From positions 10,462-74,461 of the forward strand of contig MFGN01000034.1 of the NCBI GenBank assembly GCA_001780285.1: a stretch of 64,000 nucleotides of DNA. Direction: 5' to 3'. This document shows, one piece after another, positions 48,021 through 57,271 of the stretch; within the stretch, counting starts at the first letter, position 1; every line of letters starts with the position of its first letter. The notes beneath the pieces are model-generated. The model ran no database searches. It saw only the letters and a program-made list of their open reading frames with translations, and was not told where the DNA came from. The translations under genes and the position numbers were made by a program. The DNA is from Candidatus Falkowbacteria bacterium RIFOXYD12_FULL_34_57 (GTDB taxonomy: Bacteria > Patescibacteriota > Patescibacteriia > Patescibacteriales > UBA12075).

Positions 48021-48411
48021 ATATCAAGGCAAGCTATAAGCCGGATTCTGTATCCCTTGCGGAACGATAGTTATTTATCTTGGCTTGGTGTTGCCGCCAA
48101 GCTCATGCGAACCACTTTTCATCACCCCTTGAAAGAGATGGTTTGTTCTTGCTCCAGGCAGGGTTTACCACGAACTGTTGTCGCCAACAGCCGAGAATTG
48201 TAGCCTTTCATCTCGAGAACGAAAAACCTCAATTCACTTTTCACCTTTGGCCAGCACAATGCACTGGTTAGTATAGTCTCTGCGGCACTTTCCCTAAGAT
48301 TGCTCTTGGTGGGCGTTACCCACTACCACTTTGTTAATAAAAATTAACAGGAGTCCGGACTTTCCTCTTCTAATCTAAAAATTAAAAGCAACTATCCGCT
48401 TACCTTGATAT
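48021..48411 (-). ncRNA. rnpB: RNase P RNA (bacterial type)
   Basis: The minus strand contains the universally conserved GAGGAAAGTCCGGACTCC. P1 forms between ATATCAAGGTAAGC (5' end) and GCTTGCCTTGATAT (3' end), with the 3' motif ACAGAATCCGGCTTAT. The ends are approximate to within a few nt. Confidence 0.9.
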
Positions 48412-48434
48412 TAATAGACGTAAATTAATTATAT

Positions 48435-48576
48435 CTAGTGTAAAGTTTATAAAGTCGAAAGTCATCCGCTCGAGGCGGATCAGCCAAAAAATTAATTAGA
48501 TATTAGACGGCTGAAAAGTTTGGAAAAATTTCTTTTTTTATCTCATAAACTTTCAACTTTATAAACTTTCAAATTT
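48435..48576. repeat. Palindromic intergenic element, family 2 core; its left arm doubles as the right inverted repeat of rnpB
   Basis: The arms are CTAGTGTAAAGTTTATAAAGTCGAAAGTC and CATAAACTTTCAACTTTATAAACTTTCAAATTT. The core is GTCATCCGCTCGAGGCGGATCAGCC (48461-48485). Confidence 0.7.
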
Positions 48577-48763
48577 TTACTGGCCGATAGGGCTATAATA
48601 ACATAATCCCATCTTAAAAGTCAATTAAATTTCATAAACAAAGAATAAGATAGAATTAACATAAAAATATTTTTTTGTCAATAATTTTTTAAAAAATAAA
48701 AAAATAAAAAAATTTACTAAATTTTTTATTTTAAATTAGCTAAAAAATTAACAAGCAAAAGAC

Positions 48764-48792
48764 TTGACAAGTTTTTAAAAATATGATATATT
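48764..48792 (+). promoter_or_regulatory. Consensus promoter with no downstream ORF
   Basis: TTGACA (48764-48769), a 17-nt spacer ending in TGa, then TATATT (48787-48792). Confidence 0.6.
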
Positions 48793-48798
48793 AATATA

Positions 48799-49092
48799 AT
48801 ATCATATAGCGGGGGCGATGGGTCGATTATTCGGCTCACTCGCCCCCGAATAAAAAAACTCAAGATCTTCTCCTCTTTAGAATAGATAAACAAAGTCTAA
48901 ACAACAAACAGAAGATTTTACATATCAAATTAATTTGCTTTAGAAGCAACTAAAAAAGCTATTCCAATTTCCCTAGGAGTAGCTTTTTGGTTCTAGCCCG
49001 CCGACAGTCAAGAATTCTAAGTCGAACTAAAGAATGATTCAAAAAATATTCAAAATAAAAAAGACAGCTTGTTTCAAACTGTCTTTTTTATT
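48799..49092 (+). ncRNA. Candidate ~295-nt non-coding RNA (class unknown)
   Basis: The unit is bounded by the 48764 promoter and a bidirectional terminator (AGACAG 49062-49067 / CTGTCT 49079-49084, then a T run). It begins with a 37-nt GC-rich hairpin GGGGGCGA...TCGCCCCC (48811-48847) and contains no credible ORF. Confidence 0.35.
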
Positions 49093-49154
49093 ATTTTATT
49101 TGCTCTTTCTTATCGGATAAACCACATCGGCACATCCTCTTCCTTATTGATTAT

Positions 49155-50378
49155 TTACCCTTGATTTTTCCGCCATAAAAACCGTCTTATGGCTTTCCAG
49201 GATTCCCTGGGACCGGTGGTAATTTTAGATTGGTCCCCTGTTTGAAGGGCTTCCAGCCATTCTTGTACAAGAGCTTTATCTCCCCCTCCGTGAAAATCAG
49301 ACCCATCCGGATTTATATTGATTCTAAATACTTCTTCCCCCAAAAAATCCGTGAGAATAATTTCATTGGTGTTCATGTTTCCGCGAAGAACCATTTCACT
49401 TCCCTGAATAATAATTTCCCGACCGCCGATATTGAATCCGCTCATGGTAAAACCGGCTGTTACGCCGCCTTCATATTCCAGATTTACAACCTGATGATCA
49501 ACTACATTGTTATCACATTCATAAACACATCGCCCATAGGGTCCGGTTTCTATAGCCTTTATCAAATTATCTTCGTTAATATCATTGGTGAGAATGGTTA
49601 AAGGCCAACGCCGCCACCCCCTATCAAAGTGATCGCGCATATAAATCTTCAATGCCGAATAAACACACTTCGGCTCATGTGCGCAATTAATACATCTTTT
49701 AGCTTCTCCGGCCTTTTTTGGTTTTCTTTCCCTGTGAAAATGCAACAAAGAACCGAAAGAATGCACTTTTTTGCATTTCTTGCCAACCAAAAAACGCAAT
49801 ATATCAATATCATGGCAGGATTTAGCCAGAAGCATTGAAGATGTTTTATTCGTATTATTCCAGTTCCCGCGGACATAAGAATGTGCCATATGCCAATAAC
49901 CGACATTTTCAAAATGCTGGATATGAATCAGGTCGCCAATAATCTTTTTTTCATGAATCAGTTCATGCAATTTTTTAAAAAACTTCGTATACCGCAGCAC
50001 ATGGCAAACGGTGAGCATCACATTATTTTTTTCTGCTGCTTCTACGATCTTTTTACATTCTTCCAGTGTCGGAGCCATGGGCTTTTCCAAAAGAATATGA
50101 TATCCTAGATCAGCACAGGCAATTGCCGGCTCGGTATGCATATTGTCCTGCGTAGCAATAACCACTGCATCCACATTTCTTTTTTTCTTTATAAAATCTT
50201 TCCAGTCTTTAAAAATCATATCCTTCTCAATATTCGGAAACAGCTGTAAAACTTTCTTAATCCGATCTTTATTTGGATCAACCACGCCGACAACTATCTC
50301 ATCCTGACCACAAACCAATATCTCTTCCGCGTATCCCAACCCTCTACTTCCAATGCCGATAATCACTATTTTTTTCAT
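49155..50378 (-). CDS. Gfo/Idh/MocA-family NAD(P)-dependent oxidoreductase
   Basis: N-terminal Rossmann fold MKKIVIIGIGSRGLGY and an EKP motif (LLEKPMA); 407 aa. Confidence 0.75.
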   Translation of the reverse strand: MKKIVIIGIGSRGLGYAEEILVCGQDEIVVGVVDPNKDRIKKVLQLFPNIEKDMIFKDWKDFIKKKRNVDAVVIATQDNMHTEPAIACADLGYHILLEKPMAPTLEECKKIVEAAEKNNVMLTVCHVLRYTKFFKKLHELIHEKKIIGDLIHIQHFENVGYWHMAHSYVRGNWNNTNKTSSMLLAKSCHDIDILRFLVGKKCKKVHSFGSLLHFHRERKPKKAGEAKRCINCAHEPKCVYSALKIYMRDHFDRGWRRWPLTILTNDINEDNLIKAIETGPYGRCVYECDNNVVDHQVVNLEYEGGVTAGFTMSGFNIGGREIIIQGSEMVLRGNMNTNEIILTDFLGEEVFRININPDGSDFHGGGDKALVQEWLEALQTGDQSKITTGPRESWKAIRRFLWRKNQG

Positions 50379-50391
50379 TAAATCCCTCCTT

Positions 50392-51294
50392 TTATAAATT
50401 AAATATCAAAACTATTCCGATTAAAATCAATACTGCCGAAAACCATTGCTGTTTGCTCAGTTTTTCCTTTAAAAAAAATTTCCCATACAGCGTAGAAACC
50501 AGTGGGTTGGATGAAAAAATAGCGGCTACAATACTTACTTCTCCCATACCAATCCCTAAATTAAAAAACAAACTGGCAATACCGCCGCTTAAGCCCACCA
50601 AAATCAAACATTTCAAATCTCTTTTATTCGGCAAACAAAAAGATTCTTTTATTATTTTCATATTAATGGCGCCGCAAATCATAATTCCTGATTCAATAAT
50701 CAGGGAGGTGAGAACAGGTCCCAATATAGTGACGGGTATTTTAATAACACAATAACTAAAACCCCAAAGTACGCAACTGACAAGCGCATACCCAATACCG
50801 CTGGATACCAAGAAATCTTTTAGGCTCAATTCTGATAAACCACCGCTATTCATAATAATCCCCAAAACTATCAAGGAAATCGGAATTAGTTTGGCGATCG
50901 TGATAGATTCTCCGAAAAACAATACTGAAAATAAAGCTGAAAACATTACTGCGGATCCAGCTATCGGGGTAACTACCCCCAATTTGCCAACCATTAGTGC
51001 TTTGGCAAAAGTAAGCACTGGAACATAAGAAACAATTGCTATTAAAGAGGCAATAAATATATATTTAGGTCCTATCTGTGTTGATAATAAGTTACCAAAA
51101 AAACAAGCCCTGCCCACCGGTAAACAGGAATACAAAAATACCAAAGCCATCAAAATTGTAATAAAAAAATTACGATAAAAAATAACTTTAGCCGGATTTA
51201 TCTTCTTTGCAATATTACCCACAAATACGCTATTTAGACCAATGCTAAACATAGCAATCAATCCAAATATAATGCTTAGCACATGATTATCCAT
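50392..51294 (-). CDS. EamA/DMT-family transporter
   Basis: 300 aa, about 10 TM helices arranged as two EamA-like halves, 13 nt upstream of the oxidoreductase gene. Confidence 0.7.
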   Translation of the reverse strand: MDNHVLSIIFGLIAMFSIGLNSVFVGNIAKKINPAKVIFYRNFFITILMALVFLYSCLPVGRACFFGNLLSTQIGPKYIFIASLIAIVSYVPVLTFAKALMVGKLGVVTPIAGSAVMFSALFSVLFFGESITIAKLIPISLIVLGIIMNSGGLSELSLKDFLVSSGIGYALVSCVLWGFSYCVIKIPVTILGPVLTSLIIESGIMICGAINMKIIKESFCLPNKRDLKCLILVGLSGGIASLFFNLGIGMGEVSIVAAIFSSNPLVSTLYGKFFLKEKLSKQQWFSAVLILIGIVLIFNL

Positions 51295-51416
51295 CGCATT
51301 TTCTCCAATATTAAATATTATTATTTTTAAAGATCAATTCAAAAAACATTACCATAAAAAAAGTATTATGTCAATAAAAAAAGAGCTGATTTTTCAACTC
51401 TTTTGGCTCTTTGTTT

Positions 51417-51812
51417 TTAGTTTTTTTTCTTTGATAAAATCTGAAATCCGTATTTTTCAATTTTTGGAGATATTCTTAGGGACAAAAAAATTCTTCCTTC
51501 CCGCAACACTTCCAGTTCTTTTTGAAAAAAATCCTTCATTGATTCCAATGTATCGCCACGATACTCAAAACCCTGCAGAAAAATAATATGGCCTTCATAA
51601 AAATGAAATTTTAATTGCAGGGTATAAAAAATTCCTTTTTGAATATTTACGTCTTCTGTGAGCATTAAATCGGCCTTTAATACTCTCTCTATCAGACCAA
51701 GCCTGACTAAAACCCCAATCATTCTGGGCTGCTCATGAATAGATACGCCGTTTATCTCTTTGATGTTGGAAACATCAATAATCACTTCTTCTTTTAAAAT
51801 AACATGACACAT
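51417..51812 (-). CDS. Hypothetical protein
   Basis: 131-aa ORF with the promoter TTGACT-17-TATTTT upstream. I recognise no family. Confidence 0.55.
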   Translation of the reverse strand: MCHVILKEEVIIDVSNIKEINGVSIHEQPRMIGVLVRLGLIERVLKADLMLTEDVNIQKGIFYTLQLKFHFYEGHIIFLQGFEYRGDTLESMKDFFQKELEVLREGRIFLSLRISPKIEKYGFQILSKKKN

Positions 51813-51921
51813 AAATCCCCCTGCTGTTATTTGTTTTTTCTCTAAAAGATAATAAAAAAATAGCAGATCTGTGCTATTTAGTCAAGCTGATTACATGCCC
51901 CCGAGATTATGTGCCGCGCAA

Positions 51922-52497
51922 TTAAATAAAAGGATTTTCCATATCGAAAACTATTTTGGGAATATTATTATTCACCTTATCAATATTCATATTGTATTTT
52001 TCACTGTACCACATATCCGTAGAACCGAAGGCTGCCGTGCTATAATCAAAACCAATCCTTTCCGAAACCATTTTAATTTCATTTTCAGATTTTCCTTCCA
52101 CCTCCACAAACGGCTCTAAAAACGGCCATTCATCAATAGTTATTTCTGTGCCGTCCAGTTTCCACAATTCTCTTTTCTTCTCTTGATAAGATACCTGCTC
52201 ACAGCCGATGCCTATTAAAAACTTCTGAGCTTCTTCAAAATTATCAATTTTCAAATTTATCTCTTTTTGATCGTGCAACTTATCTCCGCTAACCACCTTA
52301 AAACTCATAGTAATCCTATCCCCCTCATCCCGCACCCTTACCCATCCACCAAAAACTTCATGCCCCTTGGGCATATTAAAAATCAAACTTTTTTGTAAAT
52401 ACTCGGGTTGTACAAACTGCGCCCCAACATTTCTTAATCTCTCTCGAACCTCATCCTTGTTTATATTTTTATATGTAGCTTCATATTCAATATCCAT
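51922..52497 (-). CDS. CYTH-domain protein (class IV adenylate cyclase / triphosphate tunnel metalloenzyme family)
   Basis: 191 aa. The N-terminal acidic strand DIEYEATY is an ExExK-like variant. Size and the alternating beta-strand pattern fit CYTH. Confidence 0.6.
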   Translation of the reverse strand: MDIEYEATYKNINKDEVRERLRNVGAQFVQPEYLQKSLIFNMPKGHEVFGGWVRVRDEGDRITMSFKVVSGDKLHDQKEINLKIDNFEEAQKFLIGIGCEQVSYQEKKRELWKLDGTEITIDEWPFLEPFVEVEGKSENEIKMVSERIGFDYSTAAFGSTDMWYSEKYNMNIDKVNNNIPKIVFDMENPFI

Positions 52498-52743
52498 ATT
52501 TTATCTCTTTAATATAATTATAATTTATATCTTAATACACATTAACACACTTGTCGAGCTTGGTCCCTAACAGAATTTGAAGAGGTAGAAGCCCCACCCC
52601 CTCAGCAAGTAACCCCTTAAAAATATATCCTGTTTTACTAAGAGTAAACATCCTCTGCTTTGAACACCTTTGGTCATACCCAGGTTCCATCCTTGGCAAT
52701 CAAACAACCAAAAACACCCTCTATACGAGGGTGATTTTGCTTG

Positions 52744-52816
52744 TCCGCCCAACAGGATTTGAACCTGTGACCTTCTGCTTAAAAGGCAGCTGCTCTACCG
52801 ACTGAGCTATGGGCGG
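52744..52816 (-). tRNA. tRNA-Lys (anticodon UUU)
   Basis: The minus strand reads CCGCCCA-TA-GCTC-AGTCGGTA-GAGC-A-GCTGC-CTTTTAA-GCAGA-AGGTC-ACAGG-TTCAAAT-CCTGT-TGGGCGG-A. The first pair reads C1:G72. A terminator CACCCTCGTATAGAGGGTG plus a U run follows. Confidence 0.85.
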
Positions 52817-53008
52817 CTTAAAAATTTTATAAAAAAAACAAACTGCTTCTTGTTTGCAGAAAACTCTAAATTATAATATCATAAATATTTATTTTTGGCA
52901 AGAGCAAAAAAATCCTTTAAAATTGGGTTCGAATATGTATAAACAGTGGACAAGTTGTGAGGAAAAACAACTTGATAAAATTATTGCTGTCCTGTAATAT
53001 TTTAGTAT

Positions 53009-54400
53009 ATGAATACAACACAAATAAACGAAAAATTGCCGCCACAAAACATAGAAGCTGAACAATCTTTATTGTGCTGTCTTTTGATTGACAAAGATGC
53101 TATTATCAAAATTGCCGATATGGTTTCTGAAAATGATTTTTATAAAAGTGCGCATAAAATAATTTATGAAACCATGAAGGATCTTTATGCGCGTCATGAA
53201 CCAATTGATATTTTAAGTCTTTCAAATAGATTAGAAGAAAAAAGCAAGCTGGAAAGCGTGGGGGGCAGAACATATTTAGCTCATTTATCCAATTTCACAG
53301 CTACCTCGGCACATGTAGAACACTATGGAAACATCATTCAAAAAAAAGCAACCTTGCGAAGATTAATTGCGGCTTCCAGTGAAATTATGTCCCTTGGATA
53401 CCAAGAGGATGGAGATATTGATAAAATGCTCGATAGTGCCGAAAAAAAACTATTCGGTGTTTCTCAGCAATATCTAAAAAATGACTTTTCCCCTGTAGAC
53501 AGCCTGTTGAATGATGCTTTTGAGCGTATTGATGACCTGCACAAACAGGGTGGAAAACTTCGAGGAATACCAACTGGTTTTGCAGACATGGATAATCTGC
53601 TGTCCGGATTTCAAAAATCAGATTTGATAATTTTAGCCGCCCGTCCCAGTGTGGGAAAAACAACCTTTGCCCTAGATATTGCCAGACAAGCCGCATTAAG
53701 GGGAAAAATATCCGTAGGAATCTTTTCTTTGGAAATGAGTAAGGAACAACTAATTGATCGCCTCCTGTGTTCTCAGGCAAATGTAAATTTGTTTCGTATG
53801 CGCGGCGGAAAATTATCCGATAAAGAGGATAATAATGAATTTGCCAAAATAGGAGAAGCTATGGGGCAGTTGTCAGAGGCGCAAATATTTATTGATGATT
53901 CTCCGAATTGTTCTGTTATGGAAATCAGATCGAAGGCTCGCCGCCTGCAAATGGAAAAGGGGTTGGATATGCTTTTAGTGGATTACCTACAGCTCATGGA
54001 GGGTCGTGGACAATATAAAGATAATCGTGTTCAAGAAGTGTCCGAAATCAGCCGTGGACTCAAGGGAATCGCCAGAGAATTAAATATTCCGGTTATAGCC
54101 CTTTCCCAGCTTTCCCGCGCCGTGGAACAATCCAAACCATCTATTCCAAAACTATCCCACCTTCGAGATTCTGGATCCATTGAGCAGGATGCTGATATTG
54201 TAATGTTTATTTATAGAAAAGCCGCTGACCGCAACTATAATAAAGAAGAACTGCCAATAGACGAAAAACACAAAGCGGAAATATATATAGCCAAGCACAG
54301 AAACGGACCGACCGGATCTGTAAATCTGTACTTTGACGAAAACTCGGTCAGCTTTAAAAATTTTGACCAGATATCTGAAGAAAATGCTTATAACTTCTAA
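53009..54400 (+). CDS. dnaB: Replicative DNA helicase
   Basis: PPQNIEAEQSLLCCLL at the N-terminus and Walker A ARPSVGKTTFAL; 463 aa. Promoter TTGATA-17-TAATAT upstream. Confidence 0.9.
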   Translation: MNTTQINEKLPPQNIEAEQSLLCCLLIDKDAIIKIADMVSENDFYKSAHKIIYETMKDLYARHEPIDILSLSNRLEEKSKLESVGGRTYLAHLSNFTATSAHVEHYGNIIQKKATLRRLIAASSEIMSLGYQEDGDIDKMLDSAEKKLFGVSQQYLKNDFSPVDSLLNDAFERIDDLHKQGGKLRGIPTGFADMDNLLSGFQKSDLIILAARPSVGKTTFALDIARQAALRGKISVGIFSLEMSKEQLIDRLLCSQANVNLFRMRGGKLSDKEDNNEFAKIGEAMGQLSEAQIFIDDSPNCSVMEIRSKARRLQMEKGLDMLLVDYLQLMEGRGQYKDNRVQEVSEISRGLKGIARELNIPVIALSQLSRAVEQSKPSIPKLSHLRDSGSIEQDADIVMFIYRKAADRNYNKEELPIDEKHKAEIYIAKHRNGPTGSVNLYFDENSVSFKNFDQISEENAYNF

Positions 54401-54492
54401 TCATTTTAATATTAAAACATTTTAACATGTTAACAAAAAAGTGAAAATTAAAATTTTGCATTTTAATTTTTGCATTTTGATTTCTTTATTTT

Positions 54493-54768
54493 ATGTTCAA
54501 TAAACTTAAACATTTAAAAGACTTGCGCAACACTGCCAAGCAAATGCAAAATGCGCTATCCGGAGAAAGTATAACAATTGAAAAAAACGGCGTTACGGTC
54601 ACCATGAACGGCAATATGGAGGTTACACAAATTATCATCAATGAAAATCTACGCAAAGAAAGTCTGGAAGATATAATCAAAACCTGCACAAATGATGCTA
54701 TCAAAAAAACCCAAAGAGTTATGGCGCAAAAAATGCAGGAAATGGGTGGTTTTCCGGGATTGGGATAA
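54493..54768 (+). CDS. ybaB: Nucleoid-associated protein YbaB/EbfC
   Basis: 91 aa with the LKHLKDLRNTAKQMQNAL...VTMNGNMEVTQIIINENL pattern. A terminator hairpin lies at about 54826-54860. Confidence 0.8.
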   Translation: MFNKLKHLKDLRNTAKQMQNALSGESITIEKNGVTVTMNGNMEVTQIIINENLRKESLEDIIKTCTNDAIKKTQRVMAQKMQEMGGFPGLG

Positions 54769-54874
54769 ATCTTTTTTCATCTAAAACTCGAAGTCCACAA
54801 TTTTCAAGCCAATTATTTAATTTAAAATCCCTTCGACTTGTGCCGAAGGGATTTTTTTGCTATTTTTGATGAGA

Positions 54875-55291
54875 TTATTCTTTTTTATTTGGTGGCGTGT
54901 CTTTTGGTTTGTTGTGAAAACCCTCCAAATACTTTACGGCCTGTGACCCGAAAAACACATAGGTGACCTGCTTAATGTTTGGGATTAATTCCCCCGGAAC
55001 CTCTATACCAACATATCTTCCGAGACTAAAAACTATACATCCCAAAATCCACCAGTAAATAACAAACCACTCCCCCATCCGTTGATCACGAATACCCCTG
55101 CCATAACGCCTGGCTCTCGTAAAAACTGCATAAGCAGTTACGATACAGAGATTTAACTCGGTCTCATTGGAGGTGACCCTACCAACTCCTGCCATTTCAA
55201 AAATAATCGATAAAACCATGTAAAAAAAGATAAAAACACACGCCGTAAATAACACCCTCTCTGTCTTCTCTCCTCTTTTGTCATCAACCAT
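54875..55291 (-). CDS. Small membrane protein, hypothetical
   Basis: 138 aa with 3-4 TM helices. Promoter TTGACA-17-TATAGT lies at about 55345-55385. Confidence 0.5.
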   Translation of the reverse strand: MVDDKRGEKTERVLFTACVFIFFYMVLSIIFEMAGVGRVTSNETELNLCIVTAYAVFTRARRYGRGIRDQRMGEWFVIYWWILGCIVFSLGRYVGIEVPGELIPNIKQVTYVFFGSQAVKYLEGFHNKPKDTPPNKKE

Positions 55292-55421
55292 GATATCTCT
55301 CCTTAATTTTAATATAATAAGAAAAAATTAATTTTAAGAAACTATTTATACTATAACATATTTTATTTATTTTGTCAAATTGGCTTGAAAAATAGTCCCC
55401 TATCCTGTATATTACAAATAT

Positions 55422-56018
55422 ATGAAATATCCTGAATCCATCCAAAATTTAATAGATTATTTTTCTAAATTACCAACTGTCGGGCCCAAAACAGCGGAAC
55501 GGTATGTTTTTTATTTATTAAGACAATCTGCGGAAGATTTACAAAAATTTGCCCAACTATTAGCAGAGTTAAAAGAAAAAACAACTTTATGCAAAACATG
55601 TTTTTCCATCTCCGATTCTAATCCGTGCCACATTTGCAGCAATCAAGAAAGAAATCAATCAATCATTTGTGTTGTTTCCACTCCACAAGATATGTCATCC
55701 CTGGAATCAACCAAAGAATTTACGGGACTTTACCATGTCTTGGGCGGAGTATTAAATGCTATTGAAGGAATAAAACCGGAACAATTAACAATTCAAAATT
55801 TATTAAATAGAATAAAAAATCAAAAAACCAAAGAAATAATACTTGCCCTAAGCCCCAACATAGAAGGAGAGACCACTTCCATGTATTTGACAAAACTGCT
55901 GAAACCTTATAAGGTAAAGATTACCCGACTAGCCAAAGGATTATCTACTGGGTCTAATCTGGAGTACGCGGATAAGTTGACACTTACTCATGCCTTAAAA
56001 TATAGAAACGAACTTTGA
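55422..56018 (+). CDS. recR: Recombination protein RecR
   Basis: LPTVGPKTAERYVFYLL (HhH), the zinc finger CKTCFSISDSNPCHIC and a Toprim region; 198 aa. Confidence 0.9.
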   Translation: MKYPESIQNLIDYFSKLPTVGPKTAERYVFYLLRQSAEDLQKFAQLLAELKEKTTLCKTCFSISDSNPCHICSNQERNQSIICVVSTPQDMSSLESTKEFTGLYHVLGGVLNAIEGIKPEQLTIQNLLNRIKNQKTKEIILALSPNIEGETTSMYLTKLLKPYKVKITRLAKGLSTGSNLEYADKLTLTHALKYRNEL

Positions 56019-56088
56019 AATAATTGATTAATTGTTTGATTAAATATAAGAACTTTAAAAATCCACAAAATGTAAAAGGAGAATTATA

Positions 56089-56685
56089 TTGGAAAAAAAA
56101 ATAGCAGTATTTGATTTAGATGATGTTATTGCGTCAACTATCGATGGAATTATGGAAATAATCCAGGAAGGTTTCGGTATCAAAATAGAAATGGCAGAAT
56201 TTCAAAATTTTCGATTTGAAAAAATACCAAAAATTTCCAAAAGATCAAAAGAACTGGAAAACATAATACGCACCCATGAATTTTTCATTGAAAGAAAAAT
56301 ATTGCCCGGGGCTCTGAATGGCCTTCAATTATTATCCCAAAAATACATCAATATTATCAGCACAGCCAGAAAAAGAAGGCTGAAAAAAACATCTCTTGAA
56401 TGGTGCAGACAAACAAACATTGATCCTTTCATTGCCAGATTATATTGCGGCAGACATAAACCATGGGTTATTATAAAAGAAAATGCCGAATTTTTTACTG
56501 ATGACAATATCAATGAACATAAAAAAATGTTTACCCTCAGTTGTAATCTGCAACAAATAATAGTAGACAAGCCATGGAATCAAAATTTTCAAGATAAACG
56601 GATTATCAGAAGCTGCGGCTGGACAAAAGAACATGCTTGGCGACCGGAAAAAAATTATCCTACAATTTTAGAAATCATGTTATAA
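56089..56685 (+). CDS. HAD-superfamily hydrolase, 5'(3')-deoxyribonucleotidase-like
   Basis: TTG start with SD AAAGGAG. The nucleophile motif FDLDDV is present; 198 aa. Confidence 0.55.
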   Translation: MEKKIAVFDLDDVIASTIDGIMEIIQEGFGIKIEMAEFQNFRFEKIPKISKRSKELENIIRTHEFFIERKILPGALNGLQLLSQKYINIISTARKRRLKKTSLEWCRQTNIDPFIARLYCGRHKPWVIIKENAEFFTDDNINEHKKMFTLSCNLQQIIVDKPWNQNFQDKRIIRSCGWTKEHAWRPEKNYPTILEIML

Positions 56686-56756
56686 ACAAAAAGCCTCGTA
56701 CGAAATTGTACGAGGCTTTTTTAAATTAAAGCGAAATTTAATTTAATTGGGGAAAC

Positions 56757-57074
56757 TTATGCAATACCAGAAATCTCTACTTTGGTAAATGCTTGCCTGT
56801 GTCCCTTGGTTCTTAGGTATCTGGTTTTATTTTTATATTTTACCACTAAAACTTTTTTATTTCTCCCCTGGTCTATAATCTTGCCTTCTACTTTAGCGCC
56901 CAATGATGGTTTGCCAATATTTATCTCTTTTCCGTCGGTGGTTGCTGTCATTAAAGTTTCAAACTTTATTTTTTTGTCTTTTTCACCCTCAATTTTTTCA
57001 ATCTTGATGGTTTGACCCTCTTTGACTTTGTATTGTTTTCCGCCTGTTTTGATAACTGCGATTTTGTCTGCCAT
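56757..57074 (-). CDS. rplU: 50S ribosomal protein L21
   Basis: AVIKTGGKQYKVKEGQTIKIEKI; 105 aa. Promoter TTGACT-16-TATAAT upstream. Confidence 0.9.
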   Translation of the reverse strand: MADKIAVIKTGGKQYKVKEGQTIKIEKIEGEKDKKIKFETLMTATTDGKEINIGKPSLGAKVEGKIIDQGRNKKVLVVKYKNKTRYLRTKGHRQAFTKVEISGIA

Positions 57075-57271
57075 ATAATTTAACTAGTATTTAGATTATT
57101 ATTAAGCTCTGTCTTAAGACAGAATAAAAATAATTGCTTTCGCAATATATCTGTTATTATACAGAATTATCAAAAAAAGTCAACAAGGACGCAAAACAAA
57201 GACTAAAAAGTAAAATCAATAAACAAAAATCATAGAAAAATATTTGTTTATAATGTTTTTGGTTTTTAGTT

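Noticed and set aside
48811-48870. preQ1-I riboswitch-like hairpin followed by an A-rich tail (GGGGGCGA...TCGCCCCCGAATAAAAAAACTCAAG)
   Set aside because: The stem (8 bp) and loop (21 nt) are far larger than the preQ1-I aptamer. The tail cannot pair with the loop to form P2, and no gene lies downstream.
51417-51812. PilZ-domain idea for the 131-aa protein, considered as a possible c-di-GMP receptor
   Set aside because: It has no RxxxR motif, and the DVSNIK segment lacks the conserved Gly of the D/NxSxxG motif.
52567-52752. 61-aa minus-strand ORF upstream of the CYTH gene
   Set aside because: It overlaps the 3' end of tRNA-Lys and its terminator. The translation is Gly/Trp/Cys-rich with no start context. 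The underlying GC-richer patch (about 52560-52700) may be a leader or a relic, but I could not assign it.
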